Part shown: positions 47,675 through 57,380 of the stretch, piece by piece
Layout of the letters: the number at the start of each line of letters is the position of its first letter
Position numbering within the stretch: the stretch's first letter is position 1
Source of the DNA: an uncultured virus (IMG/VR IMGVR_UViG_3300010352_001343)
Lineage: Duplodnaviria; Heunggongvirae; Uroviricota; Caudoviricetes
IMG/VR virus record: IMGVR_UViG_3300010352_001343
Reading direction: 5' to 3' (one strand)
DNA: 64,000 bases
Made by a program: the position numbers and the translations under genes
The notes under the pieces: model-generated
Databases searched by the model: none
Told to the model about the DNA's origin: nothing
Seen by the model: only the letters and a program-made list of their open reading frames with translations

Positions 47675-47677
47675 ACT

Positions 47678-48037
47678 ATGGATTACTCAGAATTAATATC
47701 TACGCTACCATTAGAAATTATATCAAAAGTGAACTTCTTTGATGAAAGTGGAAATTCTTTAGATAAAGAAAAAACTTTAATTAAAGACTATGGCCACTTT
47801 ACAGAACGAAGTGGTTCACCATTTCTACCAATATTTGCTGCAAGAGGTTTTTACCAAGAGCTTAATAACTTAGAGAATATAAATTTCTACTTTGGTAATG
47901 GAAGCCATATACTGTATATCACAGTCATGCCATTGTCTATAAAAGATAATTGCAAGTTTGTTATTCCAAAATCAGCTAAGTACTACTACCAAGATACTAA
48001 ATATGGGTATCTCATTCAAATATGTGAAATCGACTAA
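47678..48037 (+). CDS. hypothetical protein
   Basis: ORF track. Confidence 0.6.
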   Translation: MDYSELISTLPLEIISKVNFFDESGNSLDKEKTLIKDYGHFTERSGSPFLPIFAARGFYQELNNLENINFYFGNGSHILYITVMPLSIKDNCKFVIPKSAKYYYQDTKYGYLIQICEID

Positions 48038-48054
48038 TTTAAAAAATCAAAACT

Positions 48055-48315
48055 ATGTTATTTGGTAACAAAGACAAAAAATCTAATTTAGTGAAAGACG
48101 CAAAAGATGCTAGAACTAGAGCTTCTATGTTTATTAGCCAAGAAATTACTGACATATTAAAACTCATAACTGGGTTATCATCAAAAGGTAAAACATCAGT
48201 TAGTATCACTAAGGAATTAGAGAATGATACTGTAGAAAATCTTAAGATGAAAAACTTTACAGTTGAAAGAGTAATAGGTAGTAACAGTGAAGAGAAATTT
48301 AAAATCAAGTGGTAA
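48055..48315 (+). CDS. hypothetical protein
   Basis: ORF track. Confidence 0.6.
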   Translation: MLFGNKDKKSNLVKDAKDARTRASMFISQEITDILKLITGLSSKGKTSVSITKELENDTVENLKMKNFTVERVIGSNSEEKFKIKW

Positions 48316-48339
48316 TTAATTTAAAACAAATCAAAAACA

Positions 48340-48903
48340 ATGAAATCGACAAAGAGTTATATTAGAGAATTTGGTCTAAATGACCTAGATAAAGCAAGAA
48401 AGTTTAACAGAGAAGAATTTCTAAAAACCTTCGGTGAAGAGTTTAATGAAAGAGTCCTTGTTACACTTCAAGCCTGCAAGAAAATGGATGTCCAGTTTAC
48501 TTATCAAAAGTTCTTAAACTTAGTTAGTGAACAACACAACAAGTTTAATGCTATTTCAAATAAGAAACTTGGAGGGGTCTTAAGCGAAGATCTATTCAAA
48601 GCGTTTTATGCAATGTATGTAGTTAAACACCGGGAAGAACTATTCCCAGAGGAACATCAAAGATTAGCACAAAAGGCTGAACAACAAAAACTAGCTGAGA
48701 TTGAAAGACAAGAAAAGATCTTAGCTGAAATTGAAAAACAAGAAGCTCAAAAGAAACAGAATGACTTTGCTAATAAACAAAAAGCTATGGCTATGGTAAG
48801 TTCAGTTAAAGGGAAACTTGAGAAGAAAGGGGTAAAAATAATAACTGAAGAAGAACAACCAAAAGTTAAGTCAAAGAGTTCCAAAAAGTCAAAAGGTTTA
48901 TAA
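48340..48903 (+). CDS. hypothetical coiled-coil protein
   Basis: ORF track. Confidence 0.65.
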   Translation: MKSTKSYIREFGLNDLDKARKFNREEFLKTFGEEFNERVLVTLQACKKMDVQFTYQKFLNLVSEQHNKFNAISNKKLGGVLSEDLFKAFYAMYVVKHREELFPEEHQRLAQKAEQQKLAEIERQEKILAEIEKQEAQKKQNDFANKQKAMAMVSSVKGKLEKKGVKIITEEEQPKVKSKSSKKSKGL

Positions 48904-48910
48904 AACAGTG

Positions 48911-48940
48911 AAAGGCTACCAAAAACGGTAGCCTTTTTTT
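48911..48940 (+). terminator. intrinsic terminator
   Basis: AAAGGCTACC/GGTAGCCTTT stem followed by T run. Confidence 0.85.
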
Positions 48941-49022
48941 CTCTTCCTAGAGATTATTTTAACTCTAAATGATTAAAATCTAATCCTAAAATCTCTATAT
49001 TACTATACAAACTTTAAATATT

Positions 49023-49898
49023 ATGGATAATATAAAACGAATACCAAGACCATTTGGATTAACACAATTAATGGTAGAATACCATCAATCTAACAATATT
49101 GATTCATTTGAAATAGCCAGGATGATGACTATACAACAATGGCTTTTAAAAAATGGAACAATATTTGGACAGAGGATGACGGTAACACAATTAGCAGAAT
49201 TTCTAAAATGCCAACCCTCAGTTATCAATGAGTTTATGATAAAGCAGATGATATCTACTAAGATCTTTAATGATGATAATCGTCAAGAATGGGTAGATAT
49301 GATAATTGCACAGCAATTAGCTTGGAACTTAGAAGATAGAATGGATGTTCAAAGTCAACATGATTTACTTTCTAAAAGTCAGGGCGATAGTTATAAACCA
49401 TTTATCAGTGCTGAAGTAGCTAAAATTTTAAGTCTTAAACAAAGTGCAACACAAAATCTAGGTGGGCTATTAGCCAAAATAACAGCCTCTCAAAAGAATA
49501 TTAATATCTTTAATCCAATGGAAAATCAGCCAAAAGAGGAAAAACCAACCTATGCTGAAGTTATTGAAATTATCCAAGAAGAGAAACATAATTTATCTCA
49601 GAAAGATGTTATATCTAACCTTGAAGAGAAATATGATTTAAAATCCTTACCAGCAGTCAATGCAAGAGAACAATCTGGTGTAGATACAGAAAAAGAAGGT
49701 CTTAGACTATCTAACCCAGATCTAAAAAGAATCACGGACGATTATAAGGGGGCTATTAAAGATGCAGATGAAACTCATCATGAACTAAGACGTGAAATTG
49801 AACTTAAAATCGAAGATGAAGAAATAATCCCAGCTGTTGACTATTCTATTATTAAGAAACTAGAAAGTAAAAGTAAAAGAAATCGTAAACCGTTTTAA
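49023..49898 (+). CDS. hypothetical protein with possible HTH
   Basis: MTVTQLAEFLKCQPSVI. Confidence 0.6.
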   Translation: MDNIKRIPRPFGLTQLMVEYHQSNNIDSFEIARMMTIQQWLLKNGTIFGQRMTVTQLAEFLKCQPSVINEFMIKQMISTKIFNDDNRQEWVDMIIAQQLAWNLEDRMDVQSQHDLLSKSQGDSYKPFISAEVAKILSLKQSATQNLGGLLAKITASQKNINIFNPMENQPKEEKPTYAEVIEIIQEEKHNLSQKDVISNLEEKYDLKSLPAVNAREQSGVDTEKEGLRLSNPDLKRITDDYKGAIKDADETHHELRREIELKIEDEEIIPAVDYSIIKKLESKSKRNRKPF

Positions 49899-49909
49899 AA
49901 CAAATCACT

Positions 49910-50188
49910 ATGGCAGTACTAATTAGATGTAATGGGAAAAACTTAGAAATTAACCCTAAAAACAATTCAAACTTTACTAAAATCGAAGTTGAAGAAATTC
50001 TTGGAACTTCATTTTTAAAAATTGACAAGGTCTCTCAAAGAAAATCAATTATTTATGATGATAGACCAAGTGGGGATGAACATTTCTTAAATCAAAAAGC
50101 TATGTCTTTACTAGAATCCAATGGTAAAAACACCCAAGTCTGGGGTGACTGTATCTATCTTAAAGATACCGAAATTTACTTTAGCTAG
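49910..50188 (+). CDS. DUF3846-like small phage protein
   Basis: P.N...FT..EVEEILG, N.KA..L, VWGD pattern. Confidence 0.5.
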   Translation: MAVLIRCNGKNLEINPKNNSNFTKIEVEEILGTSFLKIDKVSQRKSIIYDDRPSGDEHFLNQKAMSLLESNGKNTQVWGDCIYLKDTEIYFS

Positions 50189-50299
50189 GATTATCATGTC
50201 AGATACTCATCCTATCGGCAATGGGTAGGTGAAACTAACGTCTTACTATGGTTATAAATTAAAGACAAGACCAAAATTTTAATCCCTAAACTTAAAAAT

Positions 50300-50340
50300 G
50301 CCTTAGAGCCATAAAACATCTTGGTTCTAAGGCCTTTTTT
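50300..50340 (+). terminator. intrinsic terminator
   Basis: GCCTTAGAGCCA/TGGTTCTAAGGC stem followed by T run. Confidence 0.75.
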
Positions 50341-50390
50341 ATGGCCTTAAAATTGGGAGAACAAGAAAAGGCCTTTTTTAGGCCTTTTTA

Positions 50391-50438
50391 GAGAGTTGGG
50401 ATGTAGTTAAAATTAAATTTATTTTATATATTTTTATT
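50391..50438 (+). promoter_or_regulatory. repeated phage promoter, copy 4
   Basis: GAGAGTTGGGATGTAGTTA...ATTTTATATATTTTTATT. Confidence 0.7.
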
Positions 50439-50470
50439 CATATTAATTTAATAAACAAATTTTAACCGCT

Positions 50471-51199
50471 ATGACACCTATTAAAAATTTATTAATTGTA
50501 ACCAAAGATCACAAGATAACTACTTATGAAGAAGTTAACCAGATCTCTATGGTTACACCAGATGAAATACAGATTCATCATCTTGGGGAATATGAATCCC
50601 ACCAAATTAATATGATAGACTTTGTTAAACCACAGGACATCATAAGAATAGAATTCAACAGAGGTTCAGAAGATGAAGTAATCTTTAATCAATTAAATTT
50701 CCCAGAAGAAGAAATACCTATGGTTAAACCAAAGGAAATGGTAATACCAGAAGGTTTAGTTCTAATTACAAAAGATGAAGAATTAAAACTAGGTCACTTC
50801 TATTTCTTAAGTGCTGATATCTCCAAAAGAGATGAATTTGATGGTCTTGGTAATTACTGCTATATTGGTAAAAAAGAAACTACCCCAGAAAGATATTATT
50901 TCTTAGGTTTAGATCCAGAAGATGATGTAGTGTTTAATCAAAATATATTAAAATTAGCTTCAGACTTATTTGATTATGCTAAAGTATATGGTATATCTTA
51001 TAAAGATAGCTTATTAGAATTATTAACAAGATGTTTTGATAATTTTATGGGTGATGAACTTGAAATTGAGATGGTTGGGTACAACCCAAATGTAGATGGT
51101 AAAAACAAGTTTTATTTAGACAAAATGGAATTAAAATCACCAGAAATGTCGATATATGAGGACACTAATATTACTCCTATAAAGACAGTAGAGATGTAG
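50471..51199 (+). CDS. acidic hypothetical protein
   Basis: ORF track. Confidence 0.65.
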   Translation: MTPIKNLLIVTKDHKITTYEEVNQISMVTPDEIQIHHLGEYESHQINMIDFVKPQDIIRIEFNRGSEDEVIFNQLNFPEEEIPMVKPKEMVIPEGLVLITKDEELKLGHFYFLSADISKRDEFDGLGNYCYIGKKETTPERYYFLGLDPEDDVVFNQNILKLASDLFDYAKVYGISYKDSLLELLTRCFDNFMGDELEIEMVGYNPNVDGKNKFYLDKMELKSPEMSIYEDTNITPIKTVEM

Positions 51200-51230
51200 T
51201 TATTTTTAATTTTATTTTATATATTTTTGT
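51184..51230 (+). promoter_or_regulatory. repeated phage promoter, copy 5
   Basis: GACAGTAGAGATGTAGTTA...TATATATTTTTG. Confidence 0.7.
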
Positions 51231-51251
51231 ATCATATTAATTAAAGCAACA

Positions 51252-51470
51252 ATGAAAAAAACAATTTTTAACCCAGAAGACTTAAACAACAAGATAACAC
51301 CAATGGATGTATCTAATGTATCATACTTTGGACATAGTTATAAATACCAAGTAAACTGCCATGACATTAATAAAACTATCATTTTTACTAATGATACTAA
51401 ATCTGAACGAATAACTAAAATAGCTAGACCTCATGGTGCTACTTTAATAGAATTTGAACTATTTGAATAA
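51252..51470 (+). CDS. hypothetical protein
   Basis: ORF track. Confidence 0.6.
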   Translation: MKKTIFNPEDLNNKITPMDVSNVSYFGHSYKYQVNCHDINKTIIFTNDTKSERITKIARPHGATLIEFELFE

Positions 51471-51517
51471 TCGGGGTAACCCATAAATATATTATTAATT
51501 TAAAACCAATCTGTATT

Positions 51518-51895
51518 ATGAAACCAGAAATTAAAACAGTCTTAGAAATTGGTAGAGAACTTCTCCCAGAAAAACAAAGAGGTGGTCACAGAACATCTAT
51601 TTACAAACCAGAAATCCTTTCTGATGATCTTTCAAAAACTGAAAGAAACTCAGTAAGAAAACAATTCCGCAAAAAACTTGAAAGTTTTATCGAAGCCGGT
51701 CAAACTTACAAATCAGATGAAGGAAAATTGAAAGAACTCAAAAGAGCTTGGAAACAATATTCAGTGGCTGTCTACAACAATCCATTGGTAGTACTTGAAC
51801 CAAATGCGGCTGATGACAAACAAAAAGCTGCAAAAGAATTCTTATCACTAATGGGTGGAGAAAAAAAGGCAATCATTATCCCATCCAAAAAGTAA
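51518..51895 (+). CDS. hypothetical protein, paralogue of 58859..59245
   Basis: End-to-end alignment by eye. Confidence 0.7.
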   Translation: MKPEIKTVLEIGRELLPEKQRGGHRTSIYKPEILSDDLSKTERNSVRKQFRKKLESFIEAGQTYKSDEGKLKELKRAWKQYSVAVYNNPLVVLEPNAADDKQKAAKEFLSLMGGEKKAIIIPSKK

Positions 51896-51905
51896 TCAAC
51901 CAACC

Positions 51906-51935
51906 ATGGGGTAATCTACTTAATGGTTACCCCAT
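51906..51935 (+). terminator. stem-loop after gene
   Basis: ATGGGGTAATC/GGTTACCCCAT. Confidence 0.6.
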
Positions 51936-52020
51936 ATTATTTCTAATACACAGCAGAGAGTGTAATAAGAATATCTTGACATGATCCATAATGTTTAAAT
52001 GTTTATATAAAGTGTTTGTT

Positions 52021-52072
52021 AAAAGGCCAACCCCATTAAGTTTATTTGCTTTTACTTGGTGGGGTCCCTTTT
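52021..52072 (+). terminator. imperfect hairpin terminator
   Basis: ACCCCATTAAG/CTTGGTGGGGT stem followed by T run. Confidence 0.55.
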
Positions 52073-52081
52073 TAATCCATT

Positions 52082-52132
52082 AGAGATGGTAGAGATGTAG
52101 TTAAAATTAAATTTATTTTATATATTTTTATT
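52082..52132 (+). promoter_or_regulatory. repeated phage promoter, copy 6
   Basis: AGAGATGGTAGAGATGTAGTTA...ATTTTATATATTTTTATT. Confidence 0.7.
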
Positions 52133-52162
52133 CATATTCATTAATAATTAAATAATAAACCA

Positions 52163-52558
52163 ATGAACCAAAAACCTAAACCAATTATTTACACTGGGTG
52201 GGCATACAGCTATACATCCACTGAGTTTTACAAAGATGAATTACTATCTGGTAAAACTAATTTTATTAAACCCGGCCAACCATTATTTACCAATGGAAGT
52301 GATCTTTGTAATTACCTTATTCAAACTAAACAGAATTGGGTACTTACAGCGGTACTTTTACCAATGGAAGTAATCTCAGTTATTGATAAAATCCATGGTC
52401 AATTAATGGTTATTACACCACAGGCTACTATAGATTTAAGTATGTATCAAAAAATCTTTACAGCAGCAGTTGGACCTAACGCCTATGAGATAGACTTCAA
52501 ATATGATTCACAATCAAATAATCACTTTGACCAATTAATAACAAACCAATTACCTTAA
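52163..52558 (+). CDS. hypothetical protein
   Basis: ORF track. Confidence 0.6.
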   Translation: MNQKPKPIIYTGWAYSYTSTEFYKDELLSGKTNFIKPGQPLFTNGSDLCNYLIQTKQNWVLTAVLLPMEVISVIDKIHGQLMVITPQATIDLSMYQKIFTAAVGPNAYEIDFKYDSQSNNHFDQLITNQLP

Positions 52559-52576
52559 TTTAAACCTTTAAACCTT

Positions 52577-53191
52577 ATGAAAAAGAACTTTCAAATCATC
52601 CCTGTATTTTTACCAATCGAAGTTCTTGGTGACGATACTCCAACTTATCTTTACATCAAAAGCACAGACCATAAAGATGAAGATAAATGTAAACTAGAAG
52701 TTAAACTATGTAAAGAAAGACCAGAAGACCCATTATTCGAAGGTAAATTAGCACTCTTCGTATCAAATGAAGTTGAAGAACTAAAAGCTGGTGATTTACT
52801 ATTTAATAGAAATGCTGATTACGATGAAGATCCAATCATTAAATTAGGGAGAGATCAAACAGTATTAGAATCTAACCTATTGTTTTGCCAAGGTAAACTA
52901 TTAATAGTAGATACTTCAATAGAACATCAACCAGGTGACTCCTTCTTTTCATTATTAAGATATTGGTTTGATAAAATAGCTGAACCCCATGATGAGGGAG
53001 ATATCTCTGTACCTTTTATGAAATTAAACCCAGTAATTGAGGGTCTAATTCAAGCACTAAGAGCTGATGATACTATAACACCCGAAAGAAAGGAAGAAGC
53101 TATAGAACAGATAGCTACTTTAGCTGCATTAATGGATACCATTGGAGACATAGATAATCTTAAACATAATGGTTTTCCTAACCATGAATAA
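52577..53191 (+). CDS. acidic hypothetical protein
   Basis: ORF track. Confidence 0.65.
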   Translation: MKKNFQIIPVFLPIEVLGDDTPTYLYIKSTDHKDEDKCKLEVKLCKERPEDPLFEGKLALFVSNEVEELKAGDLLFNRNADYDEDPIIKLGRDQTVLESNLLFCQGKLLIVDTSIEHQPGDSFFSLLRYWFDKIAEPHDEGDISVPFMKLNPVIEGLIQALRADDTITPERKEEAIEQIATLAALMDTIGDIDNLKHNGFPNHE

Positions 53192-53201
53192 ATTAACAAC
53201 C

Positions 53202-53263
53202 TTCTAGAGATTTTTCTTATTAATCTAATATTTCTTATATTAATAATGTAAAAATCTCTAGAA
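53202..53263. repeat. inverted repeat (14-bp perfect arms plus inner 8-bp arms)
   Basis: TTCTAGAGATTTTT ... AAAAATCTCTAGAA; inner TTATTAAT/ATTAATAA. Confidence 0.8.
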
Positions 53264-53400
53264 TCTATGTAAAAGTAACCAAATTTACAATTTTTTTATC
53301 TATAATAATCAATGAATAAACAATGGTAAATAAAATCCAAGAAAAGAAACAAGGTTCGATAACTCCATAATGTTATCAGGTTTATTAAATGAATGTTTGG

Positions 53401-53433
53401 AAAGTACCTGGGTGAAATATCTCGGGTACTTTT
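53401..53433 (+). terminator. intrinsic terminator
   Basis: AAAGTACCTGGG/CTCGGGTACTTT stem followed by T. Confidence 0.75.
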
Positions 53434-53531
53434 GTGTTTACACCTATCGGCAATGGCACATAGTAAAAGCCGCCTAAGTACTAAAGGCCATGGGTAAACC
53501 TTAACTTTAAGGCTATCTATTTTAATCCTTT

Positions 53532-53582
53532 AGAGATGGTTGGGATGTGGTTATTTTTTATTTTATTTTATGTATATTTATA
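53532..53582 (+). promoter_or_regulatory. repeated phage promoter, copy 7
   Basis: AGAGATGGTTGGGATGTGGTTA...ATTTTATGTATATTTAT. Confidence 0.65.
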
Positions 53583-53613
53583 TTAATTCATTTAATAATA
53601 AAAGCAAATGTAT

Positions 53614-53641
53614 AACCTTAAACCTTAAACCTTAAACCTTA
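53614..53641 (+). repeat. tandem AACCTTA x4 in gene leader
   Basis: aaccttaaaccttaaaccttaaacctta ending at the A of the ATG. Confidence 0.85.
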
Positions 53642-54126
53642 TGAAACCAAATGAAGCAACAATCGCCAATCTTAAACAGGAGCTACAACAAGCCTTGGAC
53701 ACACTCATTAATAACAATGATTCTGGTATTATCATAGTTGATATACTACATATAGTACGTAAGTATATCTCTGATGAATGGGTGTTACCAGCTAATGAAT
53801 TTGATGAACTTATGGATCAAGTCTCAGAATCAAATATTCATAATGAGGTACCTGGCCTAAATATCCTAATGACCAATGGTAAATTTGATGAATTAAGTAA
53901 ACAACACGTTAACCCTTATGAAGGTGACAATATCTATATAACCTTTGATGGTTACTCTTCAAATGAAAATAACTACATTACTGAAATCGATGATGAATTA
54001 CTAAATATCATCGCTTTTATAATGTTACATGACTGCACCCATTGTTGCAATGCACTAAAATTCATAAACTTATCACGAAGAGGGCTATTCGCTGCTGGAG
54101 ACATATCAATGACTTATCATTCATAA
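53641..54126 (+). CDS. acidic hypothetical protein
   Basis: ORF track. Confidence 0.65.
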   Translation: MKPNEATIANLKQELQQALDTLINNNDSGIIIVDILHIVRKYISDEWVLPANEFDELMDQVSESNIHNEVPGLNILMTNGKFDELSKQHVNPYEGDNIYITFDGYSSNENNYITEIDDELLNIIAFIMLHDCTHCCNALKFINLSRRGLFAAGDISMTYHS

Positions 54127-54145
54127 ACCTTAAAACTTTAAACAA

Positions 54146-54577
54146 ATGAAAACTGAATTAACAGAACTTTTAGACTATTTATTAAGTATAATACCAGAGG
54201 ATATCACTAGACACTTTGCTTTCTCAACCCATACTGAATTAATAATACTTGAAAAACCAGATGAACAACGCTGTCCAAATATAAAATTATTCTTCCATAA
54301 CGAGCTATCAAAGATAGCTGAAGAGGGGTTCACAAGTATATTTCAAACTGTAGGTTATCTAACAGATACTAAATCAAGTGAAAAACTTTGGACTGATACC
54401 GATATATGTGCATTTAAAGTCGACACTACTGCATTTATTATGCACTCTTGGTACCAAGATGACCAACAATTTGAAAATCAAATGAAAGATCTTCTAACTA
54501 TGGCTATCTTCAATCACATAGATGATTACAATAGGCTTGGTTGTATCTCTATTGAATTAACAGACTATTATTCATAA
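54146..54577 (+). CDS. acidic hypothetical protein
   Basis: ORF track. Confidence 0.65.
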   Translation: MKTELTELLDYLLSIIPEDITRHFAFSTHTELIILEKPDEQRCPNIKLFFHNELSKIAEEGFTSIFQTVGYLTDTKSSEKLWTDTDICAFKVDTTAFIMHSWYQDDQQFENQMKDLLTMAIFNHIDDYNRLGCISIELTDYYS

Positions 54578-54597
54578 ACCTTTAAATAAACAATATT

Positions 54598-55395
54598 ATG
54601 AAACCAATCTTTAAATGTGAAAGATCTATTAATTATGATCTACTTTACAATCAATTAGAATCCCTTAGAGAAAGAATCAGAAACACTCCAAGAGAAACAG
54701 ATGAACAAATTGAATCTCTTAATCCACTTATAGATCAAGAGAAAACCATTGTACACAAAATGGTACAACTCATCGACTATGAAATCAATGATGTAAAATC
54801 ATCAACCATCCTTCATCAACCACACAAAGTTGAAGACATTAACAAATTACTATTTCAACATACTACCGAAATCAAAGCTCTAGAGGAATGTAAACTTGAA
54901 TTACTTAGTTCTATCTTTGAAAACTCTCAATTTCTTGGAAGCTGTCAATATAAATCTATTGAGGATTACTACTTTATGTGTAAATCTCTTTATGAACAAA
55001 TTGAACTATTTAACAGCCCATCTACTAAGGAAAATAACTTAAACTTCCTATTCAAATTATTGGGCTTCGCAACTATTAATCTAAAATATGATACTGAAGA
55101 AGAATATCTTAACCACCTATGTAATATAGTTGATGAATACTTGGAAGACACTGATATTGTTAATGATGGCAGTAACTCTTTCTTACCAATAGAATCCATT
55201 ACAAAATTCTGTGACTTCGGTAGAAATGAATCATGGGACCTCTGGGGGGTAACAGAACCACCATTTAATATAATGGATAATCACCAGGTATTACCAAACA
55301 CTTATTATGACTGTGAACAGGTTGCATTAACAATCTTATGTTGTCAGGTACTATATGGAACAGATCCATCCATATTTGCAGACTTTGACACTTAA
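54598..55395 (+). CDS. acidic hypothetical protein
   Basis: ORF track. Confidence 0.65.
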   Translation: MKPIFKCERSINYDLLYNQLESLRERIRNTPRETDEQIESLNPLIDQEKTIVHKMVQLIDYEINDVKSSTILHQPHKVEDINKLLFQHTTEIKALEECKLELLSSIFENSQFLGSCQYKSIEDYYFMCKSLYEQIELFNSPSTKENNLNFLFKLLGFATINLKYDTEEEYLNHLCNIVDEYLEDTDIVNDGSNSFLPIESITKFCDFGRNESWDLWGVTEPPFNIMDNHQVLPNTYYDCEQVALTILCCQVLYGTDPSIFADFDT

Positions 55396-55422
55396 TAAAT
55401 AACCTTAAAAACATATATCGCT

Positions 55423-55683
55423 ATGGCCCAGGACAAATACAAAATCCAAATAAAGTTTAAAGGCTTTAAGAATGATGGAACCTACAAAAATGTTGAACCA
55501 TTAGAATTCTCTGTTAAAACCAAAAAAGACTTAATCAAAGAATTAACTGAACTAGACATTGACAATGATGAAACTATATCCCATGTAATAATCTATGATG
55601 TTGCACAACGTATAGAAGCCCATTACCCTATATGGAATGGGACAAACCTTTCAAATATCAAAAAAGACTTTAACATTAAATGA
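55423..55683 (+). CDS. hypothetical protein
   Basis: ORF track. Confidence 0.6.
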   Translation: MAQDKYKIQIKFKGFKNDGTYKNVEPLEFSVKTKKDLIKELTELDIDNDETISHVIIYDVAQRIEAHYPIWNGTNLSNIKKDFNIK

Positions 55684-55775
55684 GAAAGCTGACCAATAAA
55701 CAAATTAAACAATTATATACCTCACCAGCTGACGTATATGAATATCTAAGATTAAGAACCTTAAACATTAAATAA
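55680..55775 (+). CDS. 31-aa peptide, not in ORF track (MRKLTNKQIKQLY...)
   Basis: ATGA overlap upstream; stop 1 nt before the next ATG. Confidence 0.45.
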   Translation: MRKLTNKQIKQLYTSPADVYEYLRLRTLNIK

Positions 55776-55776
55776 C

Positions 55777-56334
55777 ATGAACAGACCATTATTAGAAACC
55801 ATTATCGAAATCATTGATAAGAATGACTTCAAACAGATCAATCAAGATTACAAAGCTATCATCCATGTAGATGAATCAATCGCTTTATTAGTAACTCAGG
55901 ATGAACGCTTTAACATGATAAGATTTAAAATAAATCTATTAGTCAGAAAAGAAAACTTCTACTATAATCTACCAGAGATCATCTATCCAATAACCACTAA
56001 AATCCACAAGAAAACTGGATATGAAGGTAAATTCAAAATCTTCGAAACCTCTATCTGTTATAAATATGTAAAAAGCTATATCTATGATCTAGAGGAAATC
56101 GATTCTGAACTTATACACAATGAAGAACCTTTTACATTACTGGCTAGCTATGAAACTACATATACTAGGCCAATCGAAATCAAAGACTGGGTTAAAGAAA
56201 ACAACTACTGGGTAAAACAAAAGAAAAACATTTTCTCAGAAACAGAAATACCATATTGGAAAAACTTTCTGAATGATCTAGAAGATGATGATGACTTAGT
56301 AGGAATCTTTATTAACTTAACTTTAGAACAATAG
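55777..56334 (+). CDS. hypothetical protein
   Basis: ORF track. Confidence 0.65.
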   Translation: MNRPLLETIIEIIDKNDFKQINQDYKAIIHVDESIALLVTQDERFNMIRFKINLLVRKENFYYNLPEIIYPITTKIHKKTGYEGKFKIFETSICYKYVKSYIYDLEEIDSELIHNEEPFTLLASYETTYTRPIEIKDWVKENNYWVKQKKNIFSETEIPYWKNFLNDLEDDDDLVGIFINLTLEQ

Positions 56335-56357
56335 GACAATATATAACCAATACCCAT

Positions 56358-56386
56358 AAGGCCTTAACTAAACACTAAGGCCTTTT
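56358..56386 (+). terminator. intrinsic terminator
   Basis: AAGGCCTTA/TAAGGCCTT stem followed by T. Confidence 0.7.
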
Positions 56387-57380
56387 CTCTGTGACAAAAT
56401 CTCGAAACCTAGGTAGCCCAGAACTAAACGCTACCGCACCCCGCTCACCAATAATTCAAATAAATTAATAATTAATCTAATACTAATAATACTACACTAT
56501 ACTATACTACATCCATAATTCCCCAACTTAATACCCTCTACCTATACCCAAACCCATCACAGTCTGAAAAATAAAACCATCTCAGAGAAGAAAATCAAGG
56601 TAGAGTAAAAATCCAAATCAAGGAGTCATAAGTCAAGCAGTTAACATAATGGGAATACTATCAAAGTGATCGTTGTTTATTACCGAGATGCTGCGAGGAG
56701 CTAGTGGAGGGGTTCTGACGTGTCGGACGACGGCCCTCCTTTCTAGTACTCCACAGGCATCAAATGCTCTTAAGGCCATCTCAGTTTTGCGTTTTTCTAG
56801 CCCCTGTCCGCGATGGGTTCAGGCCCCGTTCGTCGATCGTAAAAATCCCAAAATTAGGGCCTAAATGAAGGCCCAGAGGCCTAAATTAAGCGTTTTTAGG
56901 CCTTCAAAATGGCTCAAATTAAGGCCCAAAGGCCCTCAAAAAAGAGTATTTTAAGGCCCATTTTGGATCATTTTAAGGCCCAAAATGAAGGATTTTAGAG
57001 GCCTCCAAGGCCATTCTAAAGGCCCCAAGGCACATTCGGCATTTAGGCCCAAGGAGCTCTCTAAAAAGACAAATACTTAACAGTTACTATATAGTATAGT
57101 AATAACTAATACTTAAATGAGAATATTAATTTCCTGACGATCTAGAGATTCTTTTTACCTTAAAGTATAAATATAACCCCTAAATTAACTAAAGTTCTAA
57201 CGAATTCCCCGGGCCCATCGGCAATGTGGGCCTTAATAAACGCGAATACCACCAAGGCCTCACCCTTGGGCCTAATTGTTAAGGCCCTAAAGTTAAATAC
57301 CATAAAGGCCCAGCTAAAGGCCCAAACAAAACTATAATTTAAAACCTCCAATTGAAGGCCCATAAATTAAGGCCCATAAA

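Noticed and set aside
56673..56864. 63-aa plus-strand ORF
   Set aside because: TTG start with no typical leader, atypical composition, coincides with the GC-rich hairpin
57160..57363. 67-aa minus-strand ORF
   Set aside because: Appears to be a by-product of the GGCC repeat field; no supporting signals
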